This document shows positions 45,655 to 58,635 of a DNA stretch of 64,000 bases, one piece after another. The position numbers and the translations under genes were made by a program. How positions within the stretch are numbered: position 1 is the first letter of the stretch; the number at the start of each line of letters is the position of its first letter. This stretch comes from Rebecca billardiae RCC1528 (lineage: Eukaryota; Protista; Haptophyta). The notes under the pieces were generated by a model. The model ran no database searches. It saw nothing but the letters and a program-made list of their open reading frames with translations, and had not been told where the DNA came from. The stretch covers positions 2,666,001 through 2,730,000 of the forward strand of contig OZ251229.1 in assembly GCA_965240325.2 (NCBI GenBank). Direction: 5' to 3'.

Positions 45655-46090
45655 CGTAAAATAGTCTGGTTGCGGGGGTTGTGGGTTGTGCACGAGCAGC
45701 GGCGGCAGATGGGTGCGGCTGCCGCAGCGGCAGTAATTGAATTTGTGCCGATTCGACCGATACTTCTACGCGAGAGAGCCGAGATTGCTTCGAAAATGTT
45801 GTTTCCAGATCACATCTCAGAGAGTTTGTGAAGCACGAAATGAACAACTACAAAATTCCATTTCGTCATAACCATTGAGAGCCGAAGACGAAAAAGTGCT
45901 CGTATCGTTGCGACCGCCAGCTCGCCAAATTCATTACTGGTCGCTCAGTGGTCGCCTGGTCGGGAGCGACGAACCGGCACGAACTGCAGCCGTGCAAGAC
46001 TGGAACATTCATCGACCGAAATCGTAACAACACGGCCTGTCAGTCCGGTAATGTCGTTCCGTCCAGCCCGGACTTCCCGCCCCCCGCAAG

Positions 46091-47587
46091 ATGACGTCCA
46101 CTGCGGAGGCGCCGTGGGAGAGCGCCGTCGAGCGGGCTGTGCTGGTGAAGGGTGGGCGCGTGCTGCTCGAGGGGGAGACCACGGCGTGGGACAACAGCCT
46201 CCGCCTCCAGTTCACGTTCGTCTCGTCGGCGGACGGCGCGTGCCGCCGGCCGCGCGAGCTCGAGGAGCTCGTGTGCCTGCCGATGCTCGCCGTCTCCGCG
46301 CACGCGCGGTACGCGGGCCTGTGGGCGATCGAGCGGGTGGACGAGCGCGAGATGACCTGCATCGTGCCGCGCTACGAGGGCGACGCCCCGCCGCCCCCCA
46401 CCTTCGACGTCACGTGGTCGCAGAAGCGCGCGGACGGCAACCTGTGCGCCGTGCGGTTTGGCGCGCAGGACGCGAGCACGCCGCGCGCGCGGATCGCCCC
46501 GCCGCTGCGCTTCCATGCGCGCGCGACCGTCTTCTCCGTGGACAGCATCGACACGGTGAACCAGTCGTTCCACGCCGACGTCGCCATCGAGTACCGCCTG
46601 CGCGCCATCTGCAACGAGCCCAACGAGCCGCTCACGCTCGAGCTGCTGCGCGCTTACGGGTTCAGGCCAGAACTCGTGGACACGCTCAACACGTCGGCGG
46701 TGGACCAGCTGGAGCGGTGGAGCTCGGTGTCGAAGAACAGCGAGCGGCGCTCGAAGGTGGACTACTCCGTCCGGCTGCGCGCCAGGGCCACCTTCACCGA
46801 GGAGTTCGAGCTCGCGCACTTCCCGTTCGACGAGCAGCCGGTCACGATCCGTACGACCGTCAACCTGCCGAGCACGCGCGCGCTCGTGCTGCCCAACGGC
46901 GAGTACCCGTCGATCTTCCTGAGCATGAACTTCCAGCTCTCGTCGATGTTCGACCTGCCGCTCGGCAAGCACGTGCGCGCCGAGCCCAGCCTCTCCGACC
47001 CGCTCGAGAGCGCGATCCAGCTCGAGTACCCTAGGCTGGCGTTCGCGGTCGTGCTGCGCCGAAAATACGGGTACTTTCTCAACCACGTCGCCATCCCGGT
47101 GTCGACGATCACGGTGATCGCGCCGCTCTCGGCGGCGACGGAGCCGGACGGCTCGCGCATGGGCACGGGCGACCGCCTCGCCTTCGCCGTCACCCTGCTC
47201 CTCACCGCCATCGCGTACAAGTTCGTCATCGCGTCCGCGCTGCCGCAGGTGAGCTACCTGACGACGGTGGAGGCGTACACGCTCGTCTGCTTCGGCTTCA
47301 TGTGGGCGAACGTGGTCGAGGCGGCGCTGTGGCCGTCGTTCGCGTACCGCCGCGTGCGCGCGGGGACGGAGGACGAGGGCGTGGCCGAGATCTTCAACGA
47401 ATGGCTCTGGGCGCTGGCGTACCTGCTCGTCTTCGCGACGTACAATCTTGTCTTCTGGCTGCGCGTGCGCTCGCAGCTGGCGGCGCGCGCGCGCGAGCGC
47501 AGCGCCGAGCTCGACGCGCTCGAGGGCCAGGCGGTCGCGGTCACCAAGCAGCGCAGCGGCGTGACGGCGTCTTCGTCGGCTGATTAG
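46091..47587 (+). CDS. Pentameric ligand-gated ion channel subunit (Cys-less, Pro-loop)
   Basis: SIDTVNQSFHADV, FTEEFELAHFPFDEQ Pro-loop, LRRKYGYFLNH pre-M1, M2 GDRLAFAVTLLLTAIAYK, LPQVSYLTTVEAY, four TM helices. Confidence 0.88.
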   Translation: MTSTAEAPWESAVERAVLVKGGRVLLEGETTAWDNSLRLQFTFVSSADGACRRPRELEELVCLPMLAVSAHARYAGLWAIERVDEREMTCIVPRYEGDAPPPPTFDVTWSQKRADGNLCAVRFGAQDASTPRARIAPPLRFHARATVFSVDSIDTVNQSFHADVAIEYRLRAICNEPNEPLTLELLRAYGFRPELVDTLNTSAVDQLERWSSVSKNSERRSKVDYSVRLRARATFTEEFELAHFPFDEQPVTIRTTVNLPSTRALVLPNGEYPSIFLSMNFQLSSMFDLPLGKHVRAEPSLSDPLESAIQLEYPRLAFAVVLRRKYGYFLNHVAIPVSTITVIAPLSAATEPDGSRMGTGDRLAFAVTLLLTAIAYKFVIASALPQVSYLTTVEAYTLVCFGFMWANVVEAALWPSFAYRRVRAGTEDEGVAEIFNEWLWALAYLLVFATYNLVFWLRVRSQLAARARERSAELDALEGQAVAVTKQRSGVTASSSAD

Positions 47588-47841
47588 TGATTGATGCGTC
47601 GGCGTGAGACTCATCGCAGCAGCCTGAGGCAGCTCAATCGCGCGCTGCCATGCCCATTGCCAGGCAAAAAGATTGAGTAGTCGACTTGGTCAATATGACC
47701 ATCTCGCGCTCAAGATCTGGGCGGCGCAATATTCATCACTCATCAGCCTGCTGAGATATCGTCGCGTAAACATTGTTCATCGATCAACCCTCCCGGCTCC
47801 CGACCGGCGGCGGTCCCGACTGGCCCCCTCGCGCCGGCGCG

Positions 47842-49816
47842 ATGCCGCAGGTCGAGCCGGCCGCGGCCTCGCCCACGCGCGCGCAAGCGGTCGCGATGCG
47901 CGGCGTCGAGCGCGCTGCGCGCAGCCAGGGTGACTCGCACACGACGTGCTGCGACGAGACGCGCGGCTGCCTCGGCGGGGAGATGGACGCGGCGGTGATC
48001 TACTCCGAGTCGGGGCACGTCGCGCAGTACGACGTCGGCCGGCTGTACCGGCTGGGCTTCCTGCAGTTCCTCCGCGGTACCGTCTTCGACGACCCGTTCA
48101 TCTGGCTGCAGCTCCTCCTCGTGCTCGGCACGTCGGCGGCGATCGGCGTCGCGCTCGCGCTCGCGGCGGTCGAGGAGGAGACGGCGCGCGCGCACGTCGA
48201 GCGGCTGCGCACCATCTCGCTCTCGATGCAGGGCCTCTCGGCGTTCTTCCTCGGCCTCTTCGTCTCGCTCGTCATCGTCACGTGGAAGGACGTGCGGTAC
48301 GGCACCATCGGCCAGCTGTTTGGCGCGACCATCAACATCGCGACCGTCGCGGGCTACTCGTTCGCGGGCAGCTCGATGCGGCTCAAGGCGCTGCGCATGC
48401 GCGTGATGCGCTACCTGCTGCTCGCGTTCACGCTGATGTGCATGGAGGCGCGAAATGAGGTGCGCGTCGCCGAGCTCGTCGAGGCCAAGCTCATCACCCT
48501 GGCCGAGGTGTCCATCCTGAAGGGCGTGCCGACCAAGGCGCAGGCGGTGTACGCGTGGACGGTCGCGCTCGTGCTCGGCGCGCAGGACGCGGGGCTGGGC
48601 AAGTGCCTGGGCACGGACCGCCGGCTGTTCATCGAGCAGATCTTCCGCGCGCGCGGCAAGGTGGGCAACGCCCACATGTACGTCAGCAACCAGCTGCCGC
48701 TACCGTGAGCGCCGCCGCCTCCGCGGCGGCGGCGGCGGCGGCCGCCGCCGCCGCCGCAGCCGCCGCGTCGCCGCCGCCGCGTCGCCGCGCCGCGCCGCGC
48801 TCGCCGACGCGCGGCCCGCCCCGCCCCGCCCGCGGCGGCGCAGGTACACCGCGCTGATCGCGATCGTGGTGAAGCTCACGCTGATCGTCGAGACGCTGCG
48901 CGGCGGCGCCGAGCTGTATGTCGCCTCCTTCGACGACCGCTGGGAGATGCTCACGAGCGCACTCACGCTCGTGCTTCTGTGCGTCGTGTACCAGGGCTGC
49001 CTCAACCTGCACCTGGTGCTCTCCAACCCGTTCGGGCACGACACGGCGGACTTCCCGCAGTCCAAGCTGTTCCGCACGCTCGCCTCCGCCGTGCACACGC
49101 AGCTCGCCTCGCCCACGATGGCCGCGCACATCGCCGCGGAGATCACCGACCTGAGCTCGGCCGTCGAGCCGACGGCCACGCCGGCCGCCAGCCCCGGCCG
49201 GCTGAAGAAGATGATGCCCGCCCTCTTCGAGCGGAGGCGCGCGTCGAGCGACGCGCTGTGGGAGGGGATCGCCGCGCTGGAGACCGCCGTCGAGATGAGC
49301 GCCGCCGGCGCGCAGCAGCTCTCCGACGACGACGCCACCGCCTCCGAGCAGATTCTCGCCGTGCCGGGGCCGCAGCTCGGCTGGCCGGCGTCGATGCCGA
49401 CGCCAAAACAGGCGTCGCCGCCGCGGCGGCAGCGCTCGAGCCGCACGCTCGCGTGGACGCCGGGCCGCGCGCCGCGCGGCAGCGGGGCGCGTGGCAGCGG
49501 GCTGCTGCAGCCGCCCGCGGGCAGCGTCAGCGAGAGGGCCACCGACCGCGCCGACGCCGCGCCTGCCGCCGTGCGCGCCGGCCGCGGCAGCGACGGCAGC
49601 GACGCGCCAGGTTTCGCTGGCCCGCCCCGCGCCAGCCCTGCCGCCCGAGGCGGGAGCGGGCGCAGCCTGCTGGGGCTCGCCGCACTGCAGGTGCCGTGCG
49701 CGGACGGCATCAGATCCGAGCGCGCGTCGGCGTCGTCGTCGTGCGGCGAGTCGGCCGCGCCGCGGCCCAGCACGATCGGCCGCGCAGACGACAGAGCCAG
49801 AGCCGCGCGCTGCTGA
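47842..49816 (+). CDS. Bestrophin-family anion channel; exons 47842-48704, 48844-49816
   Basis: LSAFFLGLFVSLVIVTW, QLPLP|YTALI across GT-AG intron 48705-48843, and LSNPFGHDTADFP are bestrophin signatures. Confidence 0.88.
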
Positions 49817-50140
49817 GCCTGCTCGAGGATGCTCCAGGGGGGATCAGACTGAGTCTGCCGCGACCGACGAAATCGTAGTGGATCATCACGGCGGCACATT
49901 ATATTACTGATGAATTACTACTACGACTACTAGTATATATAGTGATTGATGCCGTCGTATTCTGATGGCTTATGATCCGCCATCCGGGCCGTGAGGCCGA
50001 TGCTGCGGAGTCCCTGTATGATTAAACTGCATCATGGCCTACTACTAATCGTCTAATAATGTCGTGATCATCTGAAGCCGAGTGACATTCGGTACTACTA
50101 CTCTACTCATGCACTGACACTAGCTTACTCCGGGCTGGCT

Positions 50141-50141
50141 C

Positions 50142-50192
<51 letters not shown>
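50141..50192. repeat. (TA)n microsatellite
   Basis: Seen directly. Confidence 0.95.
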
Positions 50193-50196
<4 letters not shown>

Positions 50197-50221
50197 CTAG
50201 CACTCATCAGTACAGTCTGTA

Positions 50222-52626
50222 TAGGGGGTCCATCTGATTAAATCGAGTTTTGATTTCTTTTCTTTTCCTTTTCAGAACTTGTTCGGCGTGTTTTCGCGAT
50301 CGGCAGATTCCAAATCCGCGCTCGGCTCGGCCCGGCGCGGGAGCGGAGCTCTGAACGGGGTCGGCAAGGCTGATGGCCCTCGTCGACGGCCGTCCGCTCG
50401 CCATTGGGCGCGCCCACATCGGCGCAGGCGCCTCGCCGAGCGACTCGGTGGACACGGACACGTAGCCACGGTTCGTGTGGACCGGGCTCTCGTTGGGAGT
50501 CGCTGGCCAAACGACGCTCGTGCTTCATCATTTGAATCTGCGTGCTCGACGTGTGCTGCTCGCGACCAAGGAGCGCGTCCTGGGAGCACGTGCAGGAGAG
50601 CAATACGGAGACGAACATGCGCAATATGGTGGGATGGGCATCGACAACGACTGGACACTGTCTCCTTCCCCACCCGTCGCTGCCATCTCGCCCTCGGACG
50701 TGCCCGCGACGCCTCTGCCGCAAGGGCCAGCTGCCGCCGACCAACTTGCGGACCGCTGTGCCGGGCATGACGAGGTCCAGGGCGCGGCAGATGATGATGC
50801 ACGCGTGCCCATGGGTGTGTGCGACCCGCCCGAGGTCCCTGCCGGCACCGCCGAGGGGCTCGCCTCCTCCGCGGACGGCCTCGACTGTGAGCAACCGTGC
50901 AGGCCCGAGCTACGGCCTGACGTCAACGTCAGCGCGCAGCAGCTCGAGGAGACGGCGGTGGCGGCGCGCGCCATCCACGTGCTACAGCCTTCGACCAGCT
51001 GGCGCGTGGCCGGCACTCGCCCGCGGTACGCATCGGTGCTCGACTTCATGCTCCTCGACCTCCTCCGCACGCTCGTGGTCTCGTGGAGCTCATGCTTGAG
51101 AACTTGAAGAAGCACAAGCCGTTGGTCAGAGTGTTCACCCCTGCGTGCGCCCAGACCGCGCGCGACGGTCGGACGAAGAAGCCCAAGGCGCTCACGCTCG
51201 TCTGCGAGGATGCGCTCGGCATCTCGTTGCGCCACGACTCGCCGCGGCTCGAGGTGATCGGCATCTGGCTGATGACCGTGCACAGGTGGTGGAAGGGCAA
51301 GCACGAGGACATGGAGCGCATCCTGAGCCGGAAGCAGGGCGCGTCGGCGGCGGAGAGGAAGGCGGAGCTGGATGTCGACGACACGTCGCTGGGCGCCGGC
51401 GACGACAGCTGCCCCTTCCGCGACCTCTACTCGCCCCCCGACGCCAGCGCGCCGCGCGCGTCCGCAGCAGGCCGCGTGCAGGTGCAGCTGCACGAGCAGC
51501 GCGTGACTCCTGCTGAGCACGCGATCATCTTGGAGCAGCAGGTGCGCCTGACGGAGCAGCAGGTGGAGCTGAACTCGTCGCGCAAGGCGATCGCGCGCGC
51601 CGTCGCCGACGCTGCGCGCGCCAGCTTGCGCGCCAACGCAACCGAGCGCAGCGCGCGCGGGGGCACAGATCGAGCTGCGGCCGAGCGGGCTGCCATGGCT
51701 GCCGACTGCGCCGAGTTCGAGCGCGAGAGGAGAGCGCCGGAGCTCGAGGGCGAGCGCGCGGCGAAGCGCGCGCAGTCCGCCGCAGTACTGGTGGACCGGT
51801 GACGCCCTCGCGTGGGCTAGGGTACGACGAACGGCGACGACGCCGGTGACACAGAGCACGGGCACGGAAGTCGCCGAACGGACCGCGGCAAGCTCGGGCT
51901 CGGCGGCGGCGACTGCTAGTCTGCGCACGCAAGCCTCGATGGCGGAGGACTCTCTCACGACTATGGGGATGGTGGCATGCTCAGAGGTGGGCTTGGTAGT
52001 GTGCTTCGGCACGCAGCCCGCCGCCCGCATCAGGTCCGTCCGGGCCTGCTGCGGCACGGTTCGAGTGGCATGAGCCCGCGGTCTCCGCGCGGCGGCGCGG
52101 CCTATTCGGATGACCCGGCACGAATAGTGAACAAGGTACCCCCATATTGACAGCACCCTGAATATATATTTAAAACGCACCCGCTTTATATAATAAACGG
52201 GTAGACATGCGCATATATACGGGTACGTGTCTCTAATTAAATGGGTAACATGCTCGATCTTGGAGTAGTTTTTCCTCGCCCTCTACGCGCACTCATCGTG
52301 CCTTCTAAAAATCAGCAATTCCACCGTAATTTTATTTGGGCGGGTTGCAACGGTTATGAATAAGTATGTTCGACGATATACCGTCATTTAGCCGCCATAA
52401 CAAGTCGTTGACGTTTGGCTGAATCTGTATGTGACACAGTGGCGCAGCTGGCGCGCGCGCACGACCGCGTGACGGCACGCGGAGTCGGTTTTGCGTGCTT
52501 CTGACGGCTGGGCTGGGTTCCGGGACATATTTGTGGGTGCCTTCGCAAGCGCCTCGCTCGTCAGACACCTAAATCGCATAGTTGTCGAAAATCACAAATC
52601 AGTGGGCTGCTGTCATGGACCCCCTA
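50222..52626. mobile_element. Putative TIR element containing a frameshifted ORF (50475-51107 / 51083-51802)
   Basis: ATAGGGGGTCCAT (50221-50233) is the reverse complement of ATGGACCCCCTAT (52615-52627); two overlapping coding-like frames join near 51085. Confidence 0.5.
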
Positions 52627-53173
52627 TTAACTCAGTACTCACTGCACTGCTTAGCAGACGCCTGTGCACAGTCGTATAAACTATAATACAGTTTACTAAG
52701 AATAAGAGACGCACACAGCTCAGGCAGGCGAGCGAGTATAGACTAATTCAATTATTCTTAGAGTGATATAGACTAAGCTATATATATATATATAGTTCAG
52801 CGGGAGTTCTAAACGCCGCGCCGTGAGTGGAACGGCTAGTTTCCGAGACCGTACGGCAGTCATGAGCATCAACTATCAAGTAGCTGAATCGTTCTGAACG
52901 GACCGCATAACTCCGAAAGCTAGCTAAGCTTGTCGTGAGTCTTACAGTTTATTTGTTTTAACGTGCGTAAGGCTCACGGTGACAGTAGCTAGCTTGCTCG
53001 GTGTCTTTGGTCGGTGGTACGTGATCAAGAGTACGCTTGCAAGGGGGAGTACGTACAGTCATCAGTGAAAACAGTGACGATGAAGATGAGCTGGGCACGC
53101 CCTGCTATCTAGCTCTGCTCGCTAATGAACGACTTCACGAATGTTCGCTCCCGGACGGGCCGAACGGGACAGG

Positions 53174-54943
53174 ATGCGCGTCGTCCTTTTCATCGCGCTC
53201 GCGGCGCTCCTGTGCCTAGAGGAGGTGGCGGGGTTCTCGGTGCCAGCCGCCAAGGGCGGGCATCGCCTCCGGATGCGGTCGCTCCATGAGCGGCAGCGGC
53301 GGGCGGCCACGCCCGCCATCCGCGCGCAGGAGGCGGCCTTTGCGTCCGAGCAGGCGAAGCAGCAGATCGGTAATGACGCCTTCCTCAACAAGGACCTGAT
53401 GGCGCGGTCGATGAACGGGCCGGGGAAGAAGAACCAGGAGAAGCTCAAGATCGGCATCGTGGGCGCGGGCCTGGCGGGCATGGTGGCCGCCATGGACCTG
53501 GCCGACGCGGGGCACGACGTGGAGATGTTTGAGCTCCGTCCGTTTGTCGGCGGGAAGGTGTCGAGCTGGCAGGACAAGGATGGCAACCACATCGAGATGG
53601 GCCTGCACGTCTTCTTCGGGTGCTACTACAACCTGTACGGCATCATGAAGCGCACTGGCAGCTTTGACGAGTTCCTGCGCATCAAGGAGCACGTCCACAC
53701 CTTTGTCAACGAGGGCGGCCACATCGGCGCGCTCGACTTCCGCTTCCCCATCGGCGCGCCCGTGTCTGGCCTGCAGGCGTTCGCGCGCACGGAGCAGCTG
53801 CCCCTCGGGGACAAGTTCCACAACGCGGTGCGCCTCGGCACCTCGCCCATCGTCCGCGCCCTCTTCGACTTTGACGGCGGCATGGACATGGTGCGCGACC
53901 TGGACGACATCACGTTCACCGAGTGGTTCACGCAGCTCGGCGGGAGCCGCGGGAGCCTTGACCGGATGTGGGACCCGATCGCGTACGCGCTCGGCTTTGT
54001 CGACTGCGACCACATCAGCGCGCGCTGCATGCTCACCATCTTCATGCTCTTCGCCATCCGCACGGAGGCGTCGGTGCTGCGCATGCTGGACGGCAGCCCG
54101 CAGACAGGGCTGCACGACCCGATCGTCAAGTACCTCGAGGAGCGCGACGTGAAGATCAACCTCGGCACGCCGTGCCGCGACCTCATCCACGACGTGGACG
54201 AGAACGGCATGCCCACGCGCGTGACGGGCATCCAGCTCAAGGACGGCGTGCGCGAGTTCGACGCCGTCGTGTGCGCGCTCGACGTGCCCGGCATTAAAAA
54301 GGTGCTGCCGGAGAGCTTCCGCAAGTACAAGATGTTCGACAACATCTACCACCTCGACACCGTGCCCATTGCCACCGTGCAGGTGCGCTTCAACGGCTGG
54401 GTCACCGAGATGAACGACGACGCCCGCATGATGGACGTGTCGGGCGACCAGAGCGACGGGAAGGGCGGCGGCATCGACAACCTGCTCTACAGCGCGGACG
54501 CCGAGTTCTCGTGCTTCGCCGACCTCGCGATCACCAGCCCAGGCGAGTACTACAAGGAGGGGGAGGGCAGCCTGATCCAGGCCGTCTTCGACGAGCGCGC
54601 CTTTGACCGCTCCGAGGAGCAGATCGTGGAGGACTGCATCAAGCAGCTCCACGCGCTGTTCCCGAGCAGCAAGAAGCTCAAGTGCACGTGGTCGAGTGTG
54701 ACCAAGCTCGGGCAGAGCCTGTACCGTGAGAAGCCTGGGCAGGACAAGTTCCGCCCCACGCAGGCGACGCCCATCTCCAACTTCTTCCTGGCCGGGAGCT
54801 ACACGTATCAGGACTACCTCGACTCGATGGAAGGCGCGACCCGCAGCGGCCTGATGGTGGCTGATGAGATCATCGCACGCGCGGATGGCCCCAGCGGGCT
54901 TAAGGCGCAGTCCAAGAAGGCAGCGCAGGCTGTGGCCGCCTAA
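53174..54943 (+). CDS. ZDS: Zeta-carotene desaturase, plastid-targeted, intronless
   Basis: [12 protein letters not shown] motif, [29 protein letters not shown] (ZDS rather than PDS type), [10 protein letters not shown]; signal peptide ending VAG|F followed by a transit-like peptide. Confidence 0.95.
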   Translation: MRVVLFIALAALLCLEEVAGFSVPAAKGGHRLRMRSLHERQRRAATPAIRAQEAAFASEQAKQQIGNDAFLNKDLMARSMNGPGKKNQEKLKIGIVGAGLAGMVAAMDLADAGHDVEMFELRPFVGGKVSSWQDKDGNHIEMGLHVFFGCYYNLYGIMKRTGSFDEFLRIKEHVHTFVNEGGHIGALDFRFPIGAPVSGLQAFARTEQLPLGDKFHNAVRLGTSPIVRALFDFDGGMDMVRDLDDITFTEWFTQLGGSRGSLDRMWDPIAYALGFVDCDHISARCMLTIFMLFAIRTEASVLRMLDGSPQTGLHDPIVKYLEERDVKINLGTPCRDLIHDVDENGMPTRVTGIQLKDGVREFDAVVCALDVPGIKKVLPESFRKYKMFDNIYHLDTVPIATVQVRFNGWVTEMNDDARMMDVSGDQSDGKGGGIDNLLYSADAEFSCFADLAITSPGEYYKEGEGSLIQAVFDERAFDRSEEQIVEDCIKQLHALFPSSKKLKCTWSSVTKLGQSLYREKPGQDKFRPTQATPISNFFLAGSYTYQDYLDSMEGATRSGLMVADEIIARADGPSGLKAQSKKAAQAVAA

Positions 54944-55376
54944 GGCTAAGCCGAGCTGGCGCCCCGCCCGTGTCGACCAGATTTGGCTGAGTCCGGATCC
55001 ATGATATGCACTAGTTACAGAGTCATTCTGACTAGCTAGCGCATCAGTAGTGACTATAGTGTTATTCGATCCGGGCCGCAGCGGACAGGTTGCACAGGAA
55101 ACTGTCCTTGGTGTTACATTTCTGAGAGACGGCGCCTCTGAAGGATGGCGCCCGCCCACTCGCCGCTCGTGGGTGGCGCGCGCCTCGCGTGTCGATGCAG
55201 CCCCGCATCATGACTAGCTGAATGCGCGTGTCGTCAGGACTTGTCCGCGTGCGCTACATCCCTTGAGCTAGCACAGCCGGGACCCCCTCGCCGTCGGCAG
55301 TGACTGTCATCATCCCATCACACGTCGCGTGAGACGGCAAACAGCCACGGCAGCATCACCCTCTCGTCCAGGATCA

Positions 55377-56671
55377 TCAGGCAGCTGGAGACAGTCCTCC
55401 CTTCGACGCGTCTCGGAGCGAGCGCACACGCCCAGCTCTATCTGCGTCACACCGCCCGCGCCATCCGTCTCGAGCCCAACGCCCGTCACCACGCGCAGTA
55501 TGGCAAACCGTCATGATCGGACCGAGCTCGTCGCCCGAGTGCAGCCTTCGCCCGCAATGCCGCGCGCGAGCATTCGAGTTCGACAATAAGTCGTCAGCGA
55601 CTTGTGGGCCGGCGGGGAGATCCACGCGTGGCATAGATACCATGTAGGTCGTCAGCTCCTGCTCGGTGTACGCACGCGCTCTGCATCTGAACACTTGATA
55701 GAAGCTCTCGATCATCACCATCGAGCTGTCTACGTGAGCCTGTGCGACCGTCTGCGCAACACCTCGCGCCTCACCCTTGATGCTGAGCTCACGCGAGACA
55801 AAGAAGGCTATGTAGGGCTCAATGACATTCATACAGTGAGAGCTTCCTTGCCGCAGCGAGCGACAGCTTCCTTCGCCCGCTTCTTAGCACTCGCCCTGCT
55901 GTTCTTGGGCGTGAGTGAGGCGTGGTGCCTCGTCAGCCTGCTGAGCGGTTCTAGTCGATGCGTGTCACAGCGCGGAAGCAGGTGTGCGTTCGCGAGGCGT
56001 CGTGCGTGGATGCCGTTCTTCATGCTGACGACATAGATAGACTGCGTAGCGGCCATCTCCTCATCCAAGAGCCTCGAGCATGCCACGACTCTGACACTTC
56101 AGCGCTCCGGCCGGCGCGCATGCACCATCAAGTGCAACCGAGCGGTTGAGAGGTAGCCGCCGCCAGCTTTTCGAACCTCACCAACACGCGCTGGATGAAC
56201 ATTGCAAAGTTGTCGCATACTATGAGTGTCGCGTGTCTCTTCCCGCGACTGTTGCTGCGCGACGTGATGTGCAAGACCAGTCGCGCGCGCGCTCCATCCA
56301 ATACACGCACGGCTGATGAATGGACGTGGCCGAGCGCAAGCACGCACGCGCGAGTCGTAGGCTGCGAACGTCGTGTGCAGCCAGACTGCGACGTGCACGG
56401 CACGTATCCACCTTGCATTGCTACGTCTCTTCACACCGGGCCTGGGACTCTTCCAGGCTGAGACGGCCTGCTCTGCTGCCCTCTGTGACTCAGATGCCGC
56501 GCGAACGTGCCGCGCGGCTGCGCGATGTCGCGATTGGAGCTCAAGGGTGGTTGACTTTCGGTACATGCTACTCAAGCAGGAAGAGGCCGATCGAGGCGCG
56601 GAGTGGCGCGCTGCACCCGCAACAGCGGGCATCGTGCAGCGCGCGAGAGCGCGCGCCGCTTCCGGGCGCAC
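55377..56671 (-). pseudogene. Possible degenerate Mutator-like transposase
   Basis: Broken frames with VWLHTTFAAY (resembling the first-Asp VxxDxTF motif) and QLCNVH (CxxH motif); stops and frameshifts present. Confidence 0.3.
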
Positions 56672-57027
56672 GGCGACGGCGCCATGTACCGAAAGACGGG
56701 TGGACAGGTCGCGTCCACTGGGAATGTAACATCTGTCAGTCGCGGGCGGTCATTTTTCCGTGCAACCTGTCAGCGGCAGAGTCAGACCCATTCTATGATT
56801 TAACGACACAGGTAGGACGGCGCAGGTCTCCTGATTCGTCGTCGGCAGTGCCCGATCGTCGACACGAAGTCGGCGCTGGTGGCAGAGCATAGCCTGAACC
56901 GCGATCGAATGGCTTGAGCGCGGCCTTGAGCTGCTGGAGCGCGATCCACCTGCGCTGCGCGGCTCGCATGGACCTGCTGTGCCCCGAGCGAGGGCGAGGG
57001 TGCAGGTCCGGATGTCAGACGGCCGTC

Positions 57028-57813
57028 TCAGCCGCTGGGCCCTGGCGGGTGATCCGGCGGTGATGTAGTCGTCCCCGTGTGCCCTGCGCGGCCGCGTGCG
57101 CGCTTGCCGCTCTGCTCAGCTGGCTTGCTGGCGGCGGCTGGCGCTGCTGCGGCGTGCAGGGTACGCTTTGCCCCCGACTGCTGCGCATCCTCGTCGTCCG
57201 AGTCGTCGTCCATGGACGAGTCTCGGTCCGCGTGGGGGACAGCAGCTGGAGCAGGCGCAGGTGCTGCGGGCAGAGAGGCCGCCAGCCGCGCCGCCTTGCG
57301 CTCCTGGCGTTTCTCGACGGCGCGCCGCGACGAGGTGCGGCGGCTCGATGGAGATCGAATCCGCCTGCCTTGCGCGTCACGCCGAGGCCCGCGCTTCCCG
57401 CGCCGAGGCTTCTTCTTCCGCTTCTGAGAGTGCTGCTGCTCGCCGTTTGCAGCCTGCACTCCAGTACCCGAGCCCTGCGCGGCGAGCGCGCGCGCCGGCG
57501 GAGCCGACTTGCGCGCTCGGCGCGGGGCGGGATGCAGGGGAGCTTTAGAAGGCGCGCCACCACCTCCCTCGCGCCGCTGGCTGCCACCAGCGGGGGTTCC
57601 CTGTGGAGAAGCATCAGGCCCTTGTGCATCAGGCGGACGCACAGACACCGTCAGACGGACACTCCCATCTGGCAGGAGGGAGATGTGCACCGCGCGCGGG
57701 AGGCCGTCGGCGGCGGTGAGCCTTGCTGCGTCACGCCAAAGGCGGACGTAGAGGCGCACCCAACGATCCGACAGCCCCTCGGGCAGCAGCGCAGTCACGT
57801 CGAGGTCGTCCAT
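57028..57813 (-). CDS. Hypothetical basic protein, probably transposon-associated
   Basis: 261-aa ORF with an NLS-like KRKKKPRRGKRG stretch in a repeat-rich region. Confidence 0.35.
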   Translation of the reverse strand: MDDLDVTALLPEGLSDRWVRLYVRLWRDAARLTAADGLPRAVHISLLPDGSVRLTVSVRPPDAQGPDASPQGTPAGGSQRREGGGGAPSKAPLHPAPRRARKSAPPARALAAQGSGTGVQAANGEQQHSQKRKKKPRRGKRGPRRDAQGRRIRSPSSRRTSSRRAVEKRQERKAARLAASLPAAPAPAPAAVPHADRDSSMDDDSDDEDAQQSGAKRTLHAAAAPAAASKPAEQSGKRARGRAGHTGTTTSPPDHPPGPSG

Positions 57814-57853
57814 GCGAGCGTCGCCATGTACACGTGGAGGGCAGCCGGAACTA

Positions 57854-58635
57854 CAGGGTCCCCAACAATTGTTCGGACACTGATTTTTGCTGACTACGGC
57901 TGCTAACGATGAGATGGGCCAGAGGCTCGCATGAGCGCCATGGACCTTACTCCTCGGATGACGACAGGGTGTGGGTGCAGCGAGCGGCGCGCTCAGCGTG
58001 TGGCCAGGGCTGGCTTGGATGTACAGCTCAACCGACTAGCGGTTGGCTCTGAACAGGTCCACGGAGCCCCCGCGGGTGGCATGCCTGCTAAAATTCGTAT
58101 CTGGCGCACGGTTGCATTTGGCGGCGGGCGGGTTGGTGCGCGCACTGGTGGGTCTCCAGCGTTCGCTGCGGGTAGTGGCGCCGACTGTAGCCCTTGCCTG
58201 CACGGCCAGAGCCGATCGATGGGCTGTGCAGCAGCTGTGCAAGCGAGGTGCGCAACTGGTAGGCTGGTCCGATCGAGCCGTATATACTCCTGGTGTAGCG
58301 CTACGTCCGGGCTTGCCCAGGGCTGTCGAGCGCATGCCGCATAGTCATCGACCATGCCACGTAATAATATCTGCGCGGCCTTGAGCGGGCTTGCTGGCTA
58401 CAGACATGCGCAGAAGCCACACGGCTGCTTCACGGCCCTCACGACCAGCCTTGTGCCGACTGTCCGCATGACCCAGAGGGGTGCTCCACGCGGGCTGCCC
58501 GGCTATGCGCGGTCGCAGACAGACCTAGTGGGGTGCACACGAGCCGAGCTGGCCGCTCCTGACCCCGCGCGAGGCAGCCACAGGCCGTACGCTGAGCTGC
58601 TGCCCAAAGTGTCCAGTTTAATGTTGGAGACCCTG
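57854..58635. mobile_element. 782-bp Tc1/mariner-like non-autonomous unit, left copy
   Basis: TIR CAGGGTCCCCAACA...GGACACT / AGTGTCC...TGTTGGAGACCCTG; preceded by TA. Confidence 0.8.

Noticed and set aside
53216-55159. 647-aa antisense ORF, and similar long shadow ORFs over XPO7, the pLGIC and the sulfotransferases
   Set aside because: Artefacts of high GC3 codon bias opposite real genes; no recognisable motifs.
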